A stretch of DNA of 64,000 bases from Prochlorococcus sp. AG-402-P18 (GCA_003216275.1 QCJC01000001.1:192787-256786), one strand, 5' to 3'; counted from the stretch's first letter, positions 1-12,197 are shown. Notes: a model not told the origin generated them from the letters alone. Numbers and translations: made by a program.

Positions 1-1
1 T

Positions 2-538
2 TTTACGCAAATGATGAAGGCAAAAAAAGGATCATGGAATAATGATAAAAATAATTGGGAATTTTTTGATGGAGATATTTTGACACTGAGTCCTGATGGA
101 AGTAATACAAGAACTAAATTCTTGAGCTTTTTATATCCTTTAGGTACTGAACTGACAAATATTGCACAATTACCAAAAGATGCTAATGATATGAACATTG
201 GAGAAGCAAATACAGCTTTGAGGTTATATGAAGCTAGTGGAAATATTAAGGAAGCAAGAAGAATGAAGGTAAGGATACAAGAAAAAATTACCTTACCGAT
301 TGCATGCTCAGTTTTTGCCTTGATTGGCTGTAGCTTTGGGTCAATGCAAAGAAAAGGAGGCGGAAGAAGTCAAAGTTTTGGATTAAGTATTATCTTGATT
401 CTTATTTATTACATATTGAGTTTTAGTTTTAGCTCTCTTGGCGTCAAAGGAATAATAAATCCTTTATTTGCTGCTTGGGCTCCAGTTTTTCTATCTATGT
501 TAGGAGGAGGTTTTTTGTTAAAACTGGCAAGTAAATGA
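2..538 (+). CDS. LptF/LptG (YjgP/YjgQ) family LPS export permease, 5'-truncated by window edge
   Basis: Frame is open upstream of ATG 11 to the window edge; C-terminal 3-TM block with TLPIAC...LIG and AAWAPVFL motifs typical of LptF/G. Confidence 0.8.
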   Translation, partial: FTQMMKAKKGSWNNDKNNWEFFDGDILTLSPDGSNTRTKFLSFLYPLGTELTNIAQLPKDANDMNIGEANTALRLYEASGNIKEARRMKVRIQEKITLPIACSVFALIGCSFGSMQRKGGGRSQSFGLSIILILIYYILSFSFSSLGVKGIINPLFAAWAPVFLSMLGGGFLLKLASK

Positions 539-547
539 TTCCCAATC

Positions 548-1525
548 TTGCTGAATAATCGCAATTCCTTTTCATCTATGGTTGATTTCCGCTTAGATAA
601 TTCTTCTTTTGATCCAGTAGTTCTCTTTGGATTTTTTGCATTCTTCTCTCTATTGATTGCTTTACCAATATCGTTTTGGTCAGTTGCTGGGAATAGAAAT
701 TCCTCAAAAGCAAAATTTTTAGTCGTAATTGCGAATCTTTTTCTAACGAGTCAGTTGATACTTAGATGGTGGCAATCGGGACATTTCCCAATTAGTAATC
801 TTTATGAATCACTTTGTTTCTTGACTTGGGGATGTACCTTGACCCAACTTTTTGTTGACAGGGCATGGAGTTCACCCATCGTTTCAGCCGTCGCGACTCC
901 TATTTCATTGCTCTCAATTGGTTTTGCTAGCTTTGTTTTGCCAGATAATTTGCAATCCTCTGCACCATTAGTTCCCGCACTTCGATCTAGCTGGTTGATA
1001 ATGCATGTCACTGTAATCATGTGTAGTTACGCAGCATTATTAATTGGTTCGATATTATCTTTGGGTGTCTTTCTTGTTGATTGGAAAAAACAATTCAAAA
1101 TTCGTAATAGCTCTATTGGTTCAGGTTCTTTTAGAGACAATTCTGATTTGTATTTACATGGCTCAAATGAAAAATTCAATTCAATTCAACCGATTGGGTT
1201 TACAAATGCTGAGCAACTTGATTCTTTGAGCTACAGGTCAATAACAGCTGGATTTTTATTGCTTACAGTAGGTCTTATAAGCGGTGCTGTATGGGCTAAC
1301 GAGGCTTGGGGTAGTTGGTGGAGTTGGGATCCTAAAGAGACTTGGGCTTTGATTTGTTGGTTAGTTTATGCAGCTTATTTGCATACAAGAATCACGAGAG
1401 GATGGCAAGGTAAAAAGCCTGCCTTGCTTGCAATAGCAGGCTTTTTTGTCATCATTGTTTGCTATATAGGTGTTAATCTTTTAGGTGTTGGTCTTCATAG
1501 TTATGGATGGTTCTTTGATGCATAG
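548..1525 (+). CDS. ccsA: Cytochrome c biogenesis protein CcsA/CcsB (system II)
   Basis: [13 protein letters not shown] (WWD) motif, [10 protein letters not shown], terminal GLHSYG; TTG start. Confidence 0.96.
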   Translation: MLNNRNSFSSMVDFRLDNSSFDPVVLFGFFAFFSLLIALPISFWSVAGNRNSSKAKFLVVIANLFLTSQLILRWWQSGHFPISNLYESLCFLTWGCTLTQLFVDRAWSSPIVSAVATPISLLSIGFASFVLPDNLQSSAPLVPALRSSWLIMHVTVIMCSYAALLIGSILSLGVFLVDWKKQFKIRNSSIGSGSFRDNSDLYLHGSNEKFNSIQPIGFTNAEQLDSLSYRSITAGFLLLTVGLISGAVWANEAWGSWWSWDPKETWALICWLVYAAYLHTRITRGWQGKKPALLAIAGFFVIIVCYIGVNLLGVGLHSYGWFFDA

Positions 1526-1541
1526 TATTTAATATTGAAAA

Positions 1542-2294
1542 TTATTTTTCAATAATCATCCCATTTTGTGCATCCCTCGCAACTTTTCTTAGTGCATCAC
1601 AACCTTCTTTGAGGGTAGGGTAAGCAAACATACCACTGCCTGCTATAAAGCAGTTTGCTCCTGCAGCACAGCATTGAGATAATGTCCAATCTGCTTTTAT
1701 TCCTCCATCAACTTCTATATCTATGTTGAGGCCTTTCTCTAAAATTAGTGTTCTTAATTGAGTAATTTTATTGAGCATTGTAGGTATATAAGCTTGCCCT
1801 CCGAACCCAGGATTAACTGTCATTACTAGTACATGATCAACCATGTCTAATACATCTTTAACCATGTCCATTGGAGTATGTGGGTTTAGTGCAACAGATG
1901 GTGATCCACCAAGTTGACGAATTTTCCCAAGGATTCGATGAAGGTGAATATTTGCTTCAGCATGCGCTATAACAACACCTGGTTCTCCATTAGAACCTTT
2001 GCTTGCTTTTACATATCCCTCAAGCATAGTTTCGCAATTGTATTGGCTAACCATTAATTGAGTTTCAAATGGAACATTGCAGTACTTTCTGCATGCGGAG
2101 ATCATTTCTGGGCCAAAAGTAAGATTTGGTACAAAATTTCCATCCATTACATCAAATTGAATTCTGTCTACCCCTGCTAGCTCTAGATCTTTTACGCACT
2201 TCCCCATATTAGCCCAGTCTGCGGGTAAAACTGATGGGATAATTTGAACTTCGCGGTGTTCTGAAAAGATTGAGGATGAAATGGATTGGATCAT
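1542..2294 (-). CDS. rpe: Ribulose-phosphate 3-epimerase
   Basis: DVMDGNFVPNLTFG, MTVNPGFGGQ, EVDGGI motifs. Confidence 0.95.
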   Translation of the reverse strand: MIQSISSSIFSEHREVQIIPSVLPADWANMGKCVKDLELAGVDRIQFDVMDGNFVPNLTFGPEMISACRKYCNVPFETQLMVSQYNCETMLEGYVKASKGSNGEPGVVIAHAEANIHLHRILGKIRQLGGSPSVALNPHTPMDMVKDVLDMVDHVLVMTVNPGFGGQAYIPTMLNKITQLRTLILEKGLNIDIEVDGGIKADWTLSQCCAAGANCFIAGSGMFAYPTLKEGCDALRKVARDAQNGMIIEK

Positions 2295-2494
2295 TGTTTT
2301 GTGTCTTATGGCAAAGATTCTATAAATTCATGGACCCAAGTTCTAGTTCGACCTTGCACTGATACAGTGAATGCCGCCTATCAACAGATAATAAGTTTTT
2401 CTGTGAGTACTTTTTTCTAGGCATTTTCATTGCCCTTAATTACTTACAATATTATCTGCCTTATGGCGTAAATTTCTTTACCTAGCTGCAAAAA

Positions 2495-3499
2495 GTGGAT
2501 CGTACTCTCGTCCAAGAAATTCTTGAAGTGGTTGAGCAAGCTGCAATTGCCTCAGCTCAATTGACTGGTTTGGGTCAAAAAGATGAAGCTGATGCAGCAG
2601 CAGTAGAAGCTATGCGAAAAAGAATGGGAACGATTCAGATGCAAGGAAGGATCGTTATTGGAGAAGGTGAAAGAGACGAAGCTCCTATGCTTTATATAGG
2701 AGAGGAGGTTGGTTCAGGGACTGGACCAGGAGTTGATTTTGCTGTTGATCCTTGTGAAGGGACAAATCTTTGTGCTAACAGCCAAAGAGGATCAATGGCT
2801 GTTTTAGCAGCATCAGACAGAGGCGGTTTGTTCAATGCACCTGATTTTTATATGAATAAATTAGCTGCTCCTCCTGCGGCAAAAGGCCAAGTTGATATCA
2901 AGAAAACCCCTACAGAAAATATCAAGATCTTGAGTGACTGCCTTGGCATAGCAATAACTGATTTGACTATTGTTGTTATGGATAGAGCTAGACATAAAAA
3001 TTTAGTTTCTGAAATTAGATCAACTGGTGCACGAATTCAACCTATTTCTGATGGAGACGTTCAAGCTGCAATAGCATGTGGCTTCGAAGGAACTGGGACT
3101 CATTGTTTGATGGGCATAGGAGCTGCTCCTGAGGGAGTTATTTCTGCGGCGGCTATGAGGGCTCTAGGAGGACATTTTCAGGGTCAGCTGGTATATGACC
3201 CTGCTATTGCTCAAACATCTGAATGGGCAGACTATACAAGAGAGGGCAATATTAAAAGATTGAATGAGATGGGCATAACAGACATAGATAAGATCTATGA
3301 AGCTAATGAATTGGCATCTGGTGAAAATGTTGTTTTCGCTGGAAGTGGAATAACTGATGGTTTACTTTTTGACGGAGTTAAATTTGAAAAAGATTGCACT
3401 AGAACAAGCAGTCTTGTAATTAGTACGCTTGATCAAACAGCTAGGTTTACAAATACTGTCCACATCAAAGATGGTGCTCAAAGCATCTCTTTGAAGTGA
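2495..3499 (+). CDS. glpX: Class II fructose-1,6-/sedoheptulose-1,7-bisphosphatase
   Basis: [36 protein letters not shown] motifs. Confidence 0.97.
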   Translation: MDRTLVQEILEVVEQAAIASAQLTGLGQKDEADAAAVEAMRKRMGTIQMQGRIVIGEGERDEAPMLYIGEEVGSGTGPGVDFAVDPCEGTNLCANSQRGSMAVLAASDRGGLFNAPDFYMNKLAAPPAAKGQVDIKKTPTENIKILSDCLGIAITDLTIVVMDRARHKNLVSEIRSTGARIQPISDGDVQAAIACGFEGTGTHCLMGIGAAPEGVISAAAMRALGGHFQGQLVYDPAIAQTSEWADYTREGNIKRLNEMGITDIDKIYEANELASGENVVFAGSGITDGLLFDGVKFEKDCTRTSSLVISTLDQTARFTNTVHIKDGAQSISLK

Positions 3500-3528
3500 G
3501 ATTAATTAAATGAAGTAAGGGGCTATTT

Positions 3529-4854
3529 ATGCATATTGCTGTCGTCGGTCTTAGCCATCGCACGGCTCCAGTTGAAGTTCGTGAGAAGCTAAGTATTCCA
3601 GAAGAGTTAGTTGAAAAATCCTTTAATAATTTAAAAAAAATTGATCAAATATTAGAAGTTTCAATATTAAGTACATGTAATCGCCTTGAAATTTATAGTT
3701 TGGTCAAGGATCCACAGTTGGGTATACAGGCCATTAAATCATTCCTGCAAGATTTTTCTGGTCTAGAGGAGAATATTTTATTTCCCCATTTATTTAATTT
3801 TGTTCAGGAAAAAGCTGTATCCCATGTGATGAGAGTTTCTGCAGGCTTGGATAGTTTGGTTCTTGGAGAAGGACAGATCCTTTCACAAGTAAAAAAAATG
3901 GTTCGCCTAGGGCAGGATCATCAAAGCTTAGGGCCTATCTTAAATCGATTATTAACTCAAGCTGTAAGTACAGGAAAGCGTGTAAGAAGTGAGACAAATC
4001 TAGGAACCGGAGCTGTGTCTATAAGCTCTGCTGCTGTTGAATTGGCGCAATTAAAATTAGGACAAGCGCATGGTAGAGATCAATTGATGACTTTAGAGAC
4101 GGAAAAGGTGGCTGTTATAGGTGCTGGAAGAATGAGTCGGTTATTGCTTCAACATCTTCAGTCAAAAGGTTGTTGCTCGCTTACATTGTTAAATAGAACT
4201 AAAAAACGTGCTGAAGACCTTTCTTCAGACTTTCCAGACATTCAAATTGATTGCCAATTAATTGATGAGCTTGATAGATGTCTTTCACTTAGCACCCTTG
4301 TCTTTACAAGTACAGCGGCAAATGAGCCTATTATTGATGCTGAGAAGTTGATTAAAATAGATAGAAAACCATTACTAAGACTTATAGATATTGGCGTTCC
4401 AAGAAACATTTCTTCTGATGCAAAATCTGTTTCTGGAATTGAATCACATGATGTTGATGACCTTCAAGAAGTTGTTTCGAGGAATCAAGAAGCCAGACAA
4501 AAGCTTGCGTTAGAAGCAGAGGGTTTAATTGAGGAAGAGTGTCGTATTTTTTTAGAATGGTGGGATAGTTTAGCTGCAGTTCCTACTATCAATTGCCTTA
4601 GATCTGGCTTGGAGGCAATAAGAAAAGAAGAACTTCAGAAGGCTTTAAGCAGAATGGGTCCTGATTTCTCTGCTAGAGAAAGAAAAGTTGTTGAAGCACT
4701 AAGTAAAGGAATTATTAATAAAATACTTCACACCCCAGTTACAAAATTGAGAGCACCTCAATCCAGAACGCAACGCAGAGACTCTCTTGATGTGATTGAA
4801 AAACTTTTTAATCTCGATGTCTCAAGTTCTTTAAATAAGCAGAAAAATAACTGA
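3529..4854 (+). CDS. hemA: Glutamyl-tRNA reductase
   Basis: GLSHRTAPVEVRE, STCNRLE, LDSLVLGEGQILSQVK, DIGVPRN. Confidence 0.97.
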   Translation: MHIAVVGLSHRTAPVEVREKLSIPEELVEKSFNNLKKIDQILEVSILSTCNRLEIYSLVKDPQLGIQAIKSFLQDFSGLEENILFPHLFNFVQEKAVSHVMRVSAGLDSLVLGEGQILSQVKKMVRLGQDHQSLGPILNRLLTQAVSTGKRVRSETNLGTGAVSISSAAVELAQLKLGQAHGRDQLMTLETEKVAVIGAGRMSRLLLQHLQSKGCCSLTLLNRTKKRAEDLSSDFPDIQIDCQLIDELDRCLSLSTLVFTSTAANEPIIDAEKLIKIDRKPLLRLIDIGVPRNISSDAKSVSGIESHDVDDLQEVVSRNQEARQKLALEAEGLIEEECRIFLEWWDSLAAVPTINCLRSGLEAIRKEELQKALSRMGPDFSARERKVVEALSKGIINKILHTPVTKLRAPQSRTQRRDSLDVIEKLFNLDVSSSLNKQKNN

Positions 4855-4962
4855 CACTTTTTTTGTTGAGTAATGGGATTCTTGCTACATATCACTTTTT
4901 TTCTGGATTAATGAGCACTCTATCCAGTAAGTTTGCTCCGAATAACCGATAAATAGTGCTTC

Positions 4963-6258
4963 ATGAAGAGAGTACTTGCCATCATTCTTGGCGGAGGAAA
5001 AGGATCACGCCTTTATCCATTAACAAAAATGAGAGCAAAACCAGCTGTCCCATTAGCGGGTAAGTATCGATTAATAGATATCCCTATCAGTAATTGCATA
5101 AATTCGGACATAAATAAGATGTATGTTCTTACGCAATTCAATAGCGCATCACTTAATAGACATATTGCACAAACTTATAATCTTAGTGCCCCTTTTGGAC
5201 AAGGTTTTGTTGAGGTTTTAGCCGCTCAGCAAACACCAGAAACTCCATCTTGGTTCGAAGGGACTGCTGATGCCGTACGAAAATATCAATGGCTTTTCCA
5301 GGAGTGGGATGTTGATGAATACTTGATTCTCTCAGGGGATCAATTATATCGAATGGATTACAGCTTGTTTGTTGAACAGCATAGACAGACAGGAGCAGAT
5401 TTAACGGTTGCGGCTCTTCCCGTTGATTCTGCTCAAGCTGAAGGATTTGGTTTGATGCGTACTGATGAAACAGGCAACATTAAAGAATTTCGTGAAAAGC
5501 CCACTGGTGATTCTTTGAAAGAAATGGCGGTCGACACCTCAAGATTTGGATTGGAAAAAGGTGAAGCACTTGAAAAACCTTATTTGGCTTCGATGGGGAT
5601 ATATGTTTTTAGTCGTTCAACTTTATTTGACCTTTTAAATAAATTTCCTTCATATACAGATTTTGGTAAAGAAATCATCCCAGAGGCTTTGGGAAGAGGC
5701 GACAAACTTAAAAGCTATGTATTTAATGATTATTGGGAGGATATTGGAACTATTGGAGCATTTTTCGAGTCAAATTTGGCTTTAACTCAGCAACCAACTC
5801 CACCATTTAGTTTCTATGACGAGAAATTTCCTATCTATACAAGACCAAGATATTTGCCTCCTTCAAAAGTTTTTGATACACAAATAACTGATTCAATAGT
5901 TTCCGAGGGTTCAATACTTAAATCATGCAGCATTCACCATTGTGTATTGGGTGTAAGAAGTCGAATTGAAAGTGATGTAGTGCTAAATGAAACCCTTGTA
6001 ATGGGATCTGATTTTTATGAGTCTTATGAGGAAAGAATAGCCCTAAGGAATGGAGGAGGGATCCCTTTAGGGGTTGGTCAAGGAACTACTGTTAAAAGAG
6101 CCATTCTCGACAAAAACGCCCGAATAGGAAACAACGTTACAATAATCAATAAGGATAATGTGGAAGAAGCTGATAGAGCAGATCAAGGCTTTTATATTCG
6201 AAATGGGATTGTTGTAATTGTCAAAAATGCCACGATTCCTGATGGCACTATTATTTGA
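4963..6258 (+). CDS. glgC: Glucose-1-phosphate adenylyltransferase
   Basis: [43 protein letters not shown]. Confidence 0.97.
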   Translation: MKRVLAIILGGGKGSRLYPLTKMRAKPAVPLAGKYRLIDIPISNCINSDINKMYVLTQFNSASLNRHIAQTYNLSAPFGQGFVEVLAAQQTPETPSWFEGTADAVRKYQWLFQEWDVDEYLILSGDQLYRMDYSLFVEQHRQTGADLTVAALPVDSAQAEGFGLMRTDETGNIKEFREKPTGDSLKEMAVDTSRFGLEKGEALEKPYLASMGIYVFSRSTLFDLLNKFPSYTDFGKEIIPEALGRGDKLKSYVFNDYWEDIGTIGAFFESNLALTQQPTPPFSFYDEKFPIYTRPRYLPPSKVFDTQITDSIVSEGSILKSCSIHHCVLGVRSRIESDVVLNETLVMGSDFYESYEERIALRNGGGIPLGVGQGTTVKRAILDKNARIGNNVTIINKDNVEEADRADQGFYIRNGIVVIVKNATIPDGTII

Positions 6259-6417
6259 TTCTTTTTTAGTATTGAAGAAAAATTTAAAAGTTTATTTTTT
6301 AGGTTTTTATTATCAAGTATGTATTAAAGAATCCTTCATCCCTGACATTTAGCAGTTTAGTGCAGCGAAATGTTTCGACAGTAGTCACACTAGCTCAAGT
6401 AGAAACTTATTAGCTTA

Positions 6418-7836
6418 ATGACCAAGGCACATTTTGGATTAATCGGTCTTGGAGTAATGGGAGAGAACCTTGTCCTAAATGCAGAGCGAAATGGCTTTTC
6501 AAGTGTGGTCTATAACCGTACTTATCAAAAAACTGAAGATTTCCTTTTGGGTAGGGGTTTAAATAAATCAATTCAAGGTGCTAAGGATCTTCAAGAATTT
6601 GTATCAAAGCTTGAAAGACCAAGAAGAGTATTAATGATGGTTAAAGCTGGTGCGGCAACTGATGCTGTAATCAATCAAATCTCACCTTTCCTTGAGGAAG
6701 GGGATTTACTGATCGATGGTGGAAATGCTCAATTTATGGATACAGAAAGAAGAGTTAGAGAACTTGAGAGTAAAAGTTTTGGATATATAGGGATGGGTGT
6801 GTCTGGTGGCGCAAAGGGCGCATTGGAAGGTCCAAGCATGATGCCTGGTGGCACAAAGAATTCATACGATGCGATAGAGAGTTTGTTGAATAAGATGGCA
6901 GCTCAGGTTGAAGATGGACCTTGTGTTACATATATAGGACCAGGCGGATCTGGGCATTTTGTGAAAACTGTTCACAACGGAATTGAATATGGTATCGAGC
7001 AAATTCTGGCTGAGGCTTATGACTTGATGAAAAGAGTTTGTGGGATGAATGGTGATGAAATGGCGGATGTTTTGGGCTATTGGAATAAAACAGAAGAACT
7101 TTCATCTTATCTTGTTGAAATCACTGAGGCATGTTTACGAGTTAAGGATCCTGAGGACAGTTCAGATCTTGTTGAAAAGATCATGGATAAGGCTGGTCAA
7201 AAAGGTACAGGGTTATGGACAGTAGTCAGTGCTCTCGAACTTGGAGCATCTGTTCCAACTATTTATGCGTCTTTAAATGGAAGGGTTATGAGTTCGATGA
7301 AAGATCAAAGAAATTATGCTGAAACAAAATTGAATGGCATAAAACCGTCCGTTGTAGATTTTGGAAAACCTTCAGAAGGTATGCCATTACTTATGGATGC
7401 AGTTGTCTTGGCTACAATTGCTAGCTACGCACAAGGTATGGATATTTTAAGATTGGCGTCGGATGAATACAATTACGACTTTGATATGCCCTCCATTGCC
7501 CAAATATGGAAAGGTGGATGCATCATAAGGTCTACTCTTTTGAGTCGTATACAAAATGCATTTAAAAATGATTCGAAATTAAGTAATCTTTTGCTTGATA
7601 GTTGGTTTACTGAGCAAGTTAATAATCGTCTTTCTGGCTTGACACAGGTTGTCTCTGAGTCTGCTAAATCTGGTATACCTGTCCCATGCTTAAGTAGTAC
7701 ACTTGATTATCTAAATAGTTTTAGAACATCTAGGCTCCCACAAAATTTGGTTCAGGCAATGAGAGACTGCTTTGGCTCTCATACCTATGAGCGTATAGAC
7801 AAGGCTGGATCATTTCATACAGAGTGGATTGACTGA
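6418..7836 (+). CDS. gnd: 6-phosphogluconate dehydrogenase (NADP, decarboxylating)
   Basis: GLGVMG, SGHFVKTVHNGIEY, MDKAGQKGTG, RDCFGSHTY. Confidence 0.97.
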   Translation: MTKAHFGLIGLGVMGENLVLNAERNGFSSVVYNRTYQKTEDFLLGRGLNKSIQGAKDLQEFVSKLERPRRVLMMVKAGAATDAVINQISPFLEEGDLLIDGGNAQFMDTERRVRELESKSFGYIGMGVSGGAKGALEGPSMMPGGTKNSYDAIESLLNKMAAQVEDGPCVTYIGPGGSGHFVKTVHNGIEYGIEQILAEAYDLMKRVCGMNGDEMADVLGYWNKTEELSSYLVEITEACLRVKDPEDSSDLVEKIMDKAGQKGTGLWTVVSALELGASVPTIYASLNGRVMSSMKDQRNYAETKLNGIKPSVVDFGKPSEGMPLLMDAVVLATIASYAQGMDILRLASDEYNYDFDMPSIAQIWKGGCIIRSTLLSRIQNAFKNDSKLSNLLLDSWFTEQVNNRLSGLTQVVSESAKSGIPVPCLSSTLDYLNSFRTSRLPQNLVQAMRDCFGSHTYERIDKAGSFHTEWID

Positions 7837-7841
7837 AACTC

Positions 7842-8558
7842 ATGACTAAATACGATCTTCAGGTATCCGAAGACAAAAACTGTCTCGCTTTAGTCGCATC
7901 AGATTTAATCGCTCAGATTATTGAGTTGACCTTGAGAAAAAAAAGTAGAGCAAAAATTGCGTTATGTGGTGGTTCTACCCCCAAGGCTGCTTACTCTTTA
8001 TTAGGGAAAAAAAATCTTCAATGGAATAACGTCGATTTGTTTCTTGGAGACGAAAGATGGGTTGATAATGAATCGCAAGATAGTAATAGCTTTTTATTAA
8101 ATAATTCATTATTTAAAGAGGGTAATCTTTCTCGATCAGCATCTTTTTTTAGTGTTTCAACCACTGAATTAGCCTCTCCAGAGGAAAGTGCTAAAGATTA
8201 CGAAAGAATTTTAAAACAGAATTTTCCGGAGAATCCACCAAGATTTGATTTGATTTTATTAGGTTTAGGAGATGATGGTCATACAGCTTCTCTCTTTCCC
8301 GGCTCAAATTCTTTATTTGTAAGAGATAGCTTAATCACTGTTGGCGAAGGTAAAGGCCATAAAAGAATTACTTTTACCAGTAAATTGCTTAGTTCAGCAG
8401 ATAAGGTAGTTTTCCTAATCAGCGGATCTGCTAAGCAAACTGCTCTGAAACGTCTACTTGATCAATCAGAATCTTGGGAGAGAACTCCTGCTAAATTAGT
8501 TGTATGCAATTCTGAAATTATTGTCTTAGCCGATAAAGATGCATACCCATCTCCCTAA
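7842..8558 (+). CDS. pgl: 6-phosphogluconolactonase
   Basis: GGSTP, DERWV, LGLGDDGHTASLFP; directly follows gnd. Confidence 0.95.
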   Translation: MTKYDLQVSEDKNCLALVASDLIAQIIELTLRKKSRAKIALCGGSTPKAAYSLLGKKNLQWNNVDLFLGDERWVDNESQDSNSFLLNNSLFKEGNLSRSASFFSVSTTELASPEESAKDYERILKQNFPENPPRFDLILLGLGDDGHTASLFPGSNSLFVRDSLITVGEGKGHKRITFTSKLLSSADKVVFLISGSAKQTALKRLLDQSESWERTPAKLVVCNSEIIVLADKDAYPSP

Positions 8559-8592
8559 GTAGATTATTGTATTAGTAGAGTATTACTTTTAA

Positions 8593-9168
8593 TTGATTCC
8601 TGATTCACCACCTACACAAATTTCAATAACACCTCTTATAAAGGGTTCAGAATTTTCAGATTGGGAATCTCTGAATGACACAATTATGGGCGGATCAAGT
8701 CGTGCAAAATGTCGTTTTTCAGATAAGGGTTTATTACTTGAGGGTGACTTAGTTGAAGAAGGAGGAGGCTTTGTTAGTTGCCGCTCTCCGATTTTTAAAA
8801 AACCTTTTAATCTGTCAAATTATTCTGGATTAATTCTTGATGTTGAAGGAGAGGGGAGGACATTGAAACTTGCGATTGCATGTAAGAAAAAACCTATATC
8901 ACTATCAAATCTATTGAAGGGTGATATTCGTTGGGTTGCATCAATACCTACAAAAAAAGATGGAGTTAGCAGAGTTAAAATACCTTTTAAAAATTTGGAA
9001 CCTGCTCGACGAGCAAAGCCTGTAAGATTACCTATTAACTTTGATCCAACTTGTATCAACAGATTTCAATTGCTGCATTCAAAATTTGGTCAGCCCGGCA
9101 AAATGAACTCTGAATTCCTTGCTGGCCCTATCAAAGTCTTAATTAAGTCGATTAGTGCATACTCCTGA
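8593..9168 (+). CDS. CIA30 family (complex I intermediate-associated) protein
   Basis: LNDTIMGGSS and GGGFVSCRS motifs. Confidence 0.85.
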   Translation: MIPDSPPTQISITPLIKGSEFSDWESLNDTIMGGSSRAKCRFSDKGLLLEGDLVEEGGGFVSCRSPIFKKPFNLSNYSGLILDVEGEGRTLKLAIACKKKPISLSNLLKGDIRWVASIPTKKDGVSRVKIPFKNLEPARRAKPVRLPINFDPTCINRFQLLHSKFGQPGKMNSEFLAGPIKVLIKSISAYS

Positions 9169-9550
9169 TTTTATAGACGGCTTGATAGCCGAAGTAGCTA
9201 AGGCAGCCGATCTTTGTATGAAGCCATATATCCATTCGGTTTTTTTAGAAAATCAATTAGATGATAATAATGATCTTGAAGACTTGATTTTTAAAATTCA
9301 GTGTAGAAATATTGACGGCGAAAGAGAAGAATCTATGGATATTGAACTTGAAGTGTATAAAAGTGGAAACGAAGTAAATATGACTATATCTTGGAAAGCT
9401 TTAATAGAGAGACCAATATTATGGCAAGGGAAGCATGCTGTTTGGATGGATAGTTCTTCTGGCATGCAATGTCAGGCGCCTTCATATGGAAAACTTTTTG
9501 AGTCTTTAGCGAGAAGACTTAGGACGGTCTTTAAAGCTTCATTGGTTTAG
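9155..9550 (+). CDS. Conserved hypothetical protein
   Basis: 131-aa ORF overlapping the CIA30 stop; PILWQGKHAVWMD motif of a picocyanobacterial family (recalled). Confidence 0.6.
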   Translation: MHTPDFIDGLIAEVAKAADLCMKPYIHSVFLENQLDDNNDLEDLIFKIQCRNIDGEREESMDIELEVYKSGNEVNMTISWKALIERPILWQGKHAVWMDSSSGMQCQAPSYGKLFESLARRLRTVFKASLV

Positions 9551-9551
9551 G

Positions 9552-11222
9552 TTATATTTGATCGGTTGTAGCTCCTTGGCTTGATGAACTTACTAACCTG
9601 GAATACTTCCCAAGAATGCCAGTTTTATATCGAGGTTTTGGCCTCTCCCATTTCTCTTTCCGTTTAGCTAATTCTTCCTCCTTAACATTTAATTGAATTA
9701 ACAATTTATTTGCATCAACGGTGATACTGTCACCTTCCTGTACTAATCCAATTGTTCCTCCAACGGCAGCTTCTGGTGCTACGTGGCCAACAACTAATCC
9801 ATATGATCCTCCACTAAATCGACCATCAGTAATTAAGGCAACCTGTTCTCCTAATCCTTGACCCACAATCGCTGACGTTGGAGAGAGCATCTCCCTCATA
9901 CCCGGTCCCCCTACAGGGCCTTCGTATCTAACAACTACTACATCTCCAGCCTTGACTTTATTGTCAAGAATGGCAGTTAAGCATTCTTCCTCACTTTCAA
10001 ATACTCTTGCAGGACCGGTTAAAACCGGCGTCTTAACACCACTGATTTTTGCAACACTTCCTTCACTAGCTAAATTTCCTTTAAGAATAGCTAAATGTCC
10101 TTTTTTATAAATAGGGTTTGAAATTGGTCTAATGACATCTTGATTCTCTTTGGGTTTTGAGGGGATATCTCTAAGAACTTCTTTAAGTGTTTTCCCTTCA
10201 ATAGTTTGGCATTCTCCATGTAGCAATCCAGCATTGAGGAGTATTTTCATTACTTGAGGAATCCCCCCTGCTTGGTGTAAATCGACAGTTACATATTTCC
10301 CGCTTGGTTTGAGATCGCAAATCACTGGAACAGTTTGCCTTATCCGTTCAAAGTCATCGATTGTTAGATCAACTCCGGCAGTCCTAGCAATAGCAAGTAG
10401 GTGAAGAACCGAATTAGTTGAGCCACCAACAGCCATGATGACACTGATTGCATTTTCAAATGCTTTTTTTGTTAGTAAATCTAATGGCCTTATGTTGTTC
10501 TTAACTGCTTTAACCAGTACCTGGGCACTTTTAGCAGCGTTTTCAGCTTTTTCATCGTCAACAGCAGCCATTGTTGAACTAAATGGCAAACTAAAACCCA
10601 TTGTTTCGATTGCTGCAGACATTGTGTTTGCAGTAAACATACCCCCGCAACTACCTGGCCCAGGGATGGCATTTTTCTCTACTGCAATTAGACGTTCTTC
10701 GTCAATTTTTCCGCTTGTTAATTGACCGACAGCCTCGAATGAACTGACTACGGTTAAATCGCAACCGTCTAATTTCCCAGGCTTAATTGTTCCTCCATAA
10801 ACGAAAATAGAAGGTATGTTCATTCTTGCCATTGATAACATTGCCCCAGGCATATTTTTGTCGCATCCACCAATAGCTAATACACCATCCATGCTTTGAG
10901 CATTGCAAGCTGTTTCGATTGAATCTGCAATAACTTCTCGTGAAACTAATGAATATTTCATTCCTTCTGTTCCCATGGATATACCATCACTAACAGTTAT
11001 GGTTCCAAAAGTTTGAGGCATTGCACCAGCCTCTTTTAAAGCCGCTTCTGCTCTATTCGCTAGATCCATTAATCCCATATTGCATGGAGTAATTGTGCTG
11101 TGTCCATTAGCAATACCAATAATTGGTTTATTAAAGTCATTGTCGTCAAAACCAACCGCCCTTAGCATTGCTCTGTTCGGTGAACGTTGAATGCCTTGTG
11201 TTATCGCATTTGATCTAAGCAT
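9552..11222 (-). CDS. ilvD: Dihydroxy-acid dehydratase
   Basis: [36 protein letters not shown]. Confidence 0.97.
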   Translation of the reverse strand: MLRSNAITQGIQRSPNRAMLRAVGFDDNDFNKPIIGIANGHSTITPCNMGLMDLANRAEAALKEAGAMPQTFGTITVSDGISMGTEGMKYSLVSREVIADSIETACNAQSMDGVLAIGGCDKNMPGAMLSMARMNIPSIFVYGGTIKPGKLDGCDLTVVSSFEAVGQLTSGKIDEERLIAVEKNAIPGPGSCGGMFTANTMSAAIETMGFSLPFSSTMAAVDDEKAENAAKSAQVLVKAVKNNIRPLDLLTKKAFENAISVIMAVGGSTNSVLHLLAIARTAGVDLTIDDFERIRQTVPVICDLKPSGKYVTVDLHQAGGIPQVMKILLNAGLLHGECQTIEGKTLKEVLRDIPSKPKENQDVIRPISNPIYKKGHLAILKGNLASEGSVAKISGVKTPVLTGPARVFESEEECLTAILDNKVKAGDVVVVRYEGPVGGPGMREMLSPTSAIVGQGLGEQVALITDGRFSGGSYGLVVGHVAPEAAVGGTIGLVQEGDSITVDANKLLIQLNVKEEELAKRKEKWERPKPRYKTGILGKYSRLVSSSSQGATTDQI

Positions 11223-11255
11223 TTGATTTCTATTAAATTGTTTAGTGAATCAGAA

Positions 11256-11555
11256 TTAATTTGAGGATCCTAGGTCTTCTAACTGTTTCCGAACGTCTGC
11301 AATTGCAGAATTAAGCTGTTCTACACGTTGTTCAAGTTGCTCATTAGTTTGATTCCCTAGAGAATCAGACGCTAATTCAGTTGCCTCTGAACCATCTTGA
11401 ATCCTTGGTGCATAAAGCATTGCTTTCTGCTTTCTAGTCTCTTGCCTTCTCTCGGCCTCTGAGAGTAACCACCAAGCTAGGCCTGCAGCTCCAAGCACAG
11501 CACCACTAATTAATGATGCCAAACTTCCTGAATTTGAATCTCGGTATTGGCTCAT
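11256..11555 (-). CDS. Hypothetical membrane-anchored coiled-coil protein
   Basis: N-terminal TM (LISGAVLGAAGLAWWLL) and C-terminal heptad repeat. Confidence 0.7.
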   Translation of the reverse strand: MSQYRDSNSGSLASLISGAVLGAAGLAWWLLSEAERRQETRKQKAMLYAPRIQDGSEATELASDSLGNQTNEQLEQRVEQLNSAIADVRKQLEDLGSSN

Positions 11556-11582
11556 AACTTTGAATAACTTTTTAAATGCTAG

Positions 11583-12197
11583 TTAGATCGAGGTGACTCT
11601 GGTTTTGATACGTAACAATGGATCACCAATCCCAGGTGATAGTTCACTTTCTGATATTAATTCAGGATCTATACAAGCACAATAAATATTCAAATCTTGA
11701 ATATTTTCACCGATTTCTTTTAGTCCAGGTTTTGCTGCTAATACTGTAATTACTCTTATTCTCCTTGAATCAATTTCTTTGTTTTTTAAGTATTTTAAAT
11801 CTTTTAAAAGATTCTTACCAGTCGTTACTTGATCTATATAAAAAATAATTCCTGCGTTTTTCTCAATTTCTTTTGGCAAGCCTCCGAGACATAAATTTGA
11901 ATTAGGAATTAAATTTCTTGCACCTCTAAAAAGCTCTAGCCCTGCTGGCAAATAAGGAATTACTAAAATAGGTATATTCGGATCAATAATTGAGCATTCA
12001 GTTGTTCCTGTGGAAGTAGTAATCTGCTCCTTTTTACTTGGGATCCAATCTCTCAGAGCTTCGTAAGTTAGCCAGGTTCCAAGTTGTTCTAGGCCTGTCT
12101 CATAAAGGATTTCTGGAGTGGTAGGGTTCCTTAAAATAGTTAACCAATGTGATATGAGTGGGTGTGGAGGAACTATTACTCTTAAGCTCATTGACAT
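11583..12197 (-). CDS. upp: Uracil phosphoribosyltransferase-like protein (divergent)
   Basis: HPLISHWLTILR, LTYEALRDW, PGIGD; PRPP loop degenerate. Confidence 0.8.
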   Translation of the reverse strand: MSMSLRVIVPPHPLISHWLTILRNPTTPEILYETGLEQLGTWLTYEALRDWIPSKKEQITTSTGTTECSIIDPNIPILVIPYLPAGLELFRGARNLIPNSNLCLGGLPKEIEKNAGIIFYIDQVTTGKNLLKDLKYLKNKEIDSRRIRVITVLAAKPGLKEIGENIQDLNIYCACIDPELISESELSPGIGDPLLRIKTRVTSI

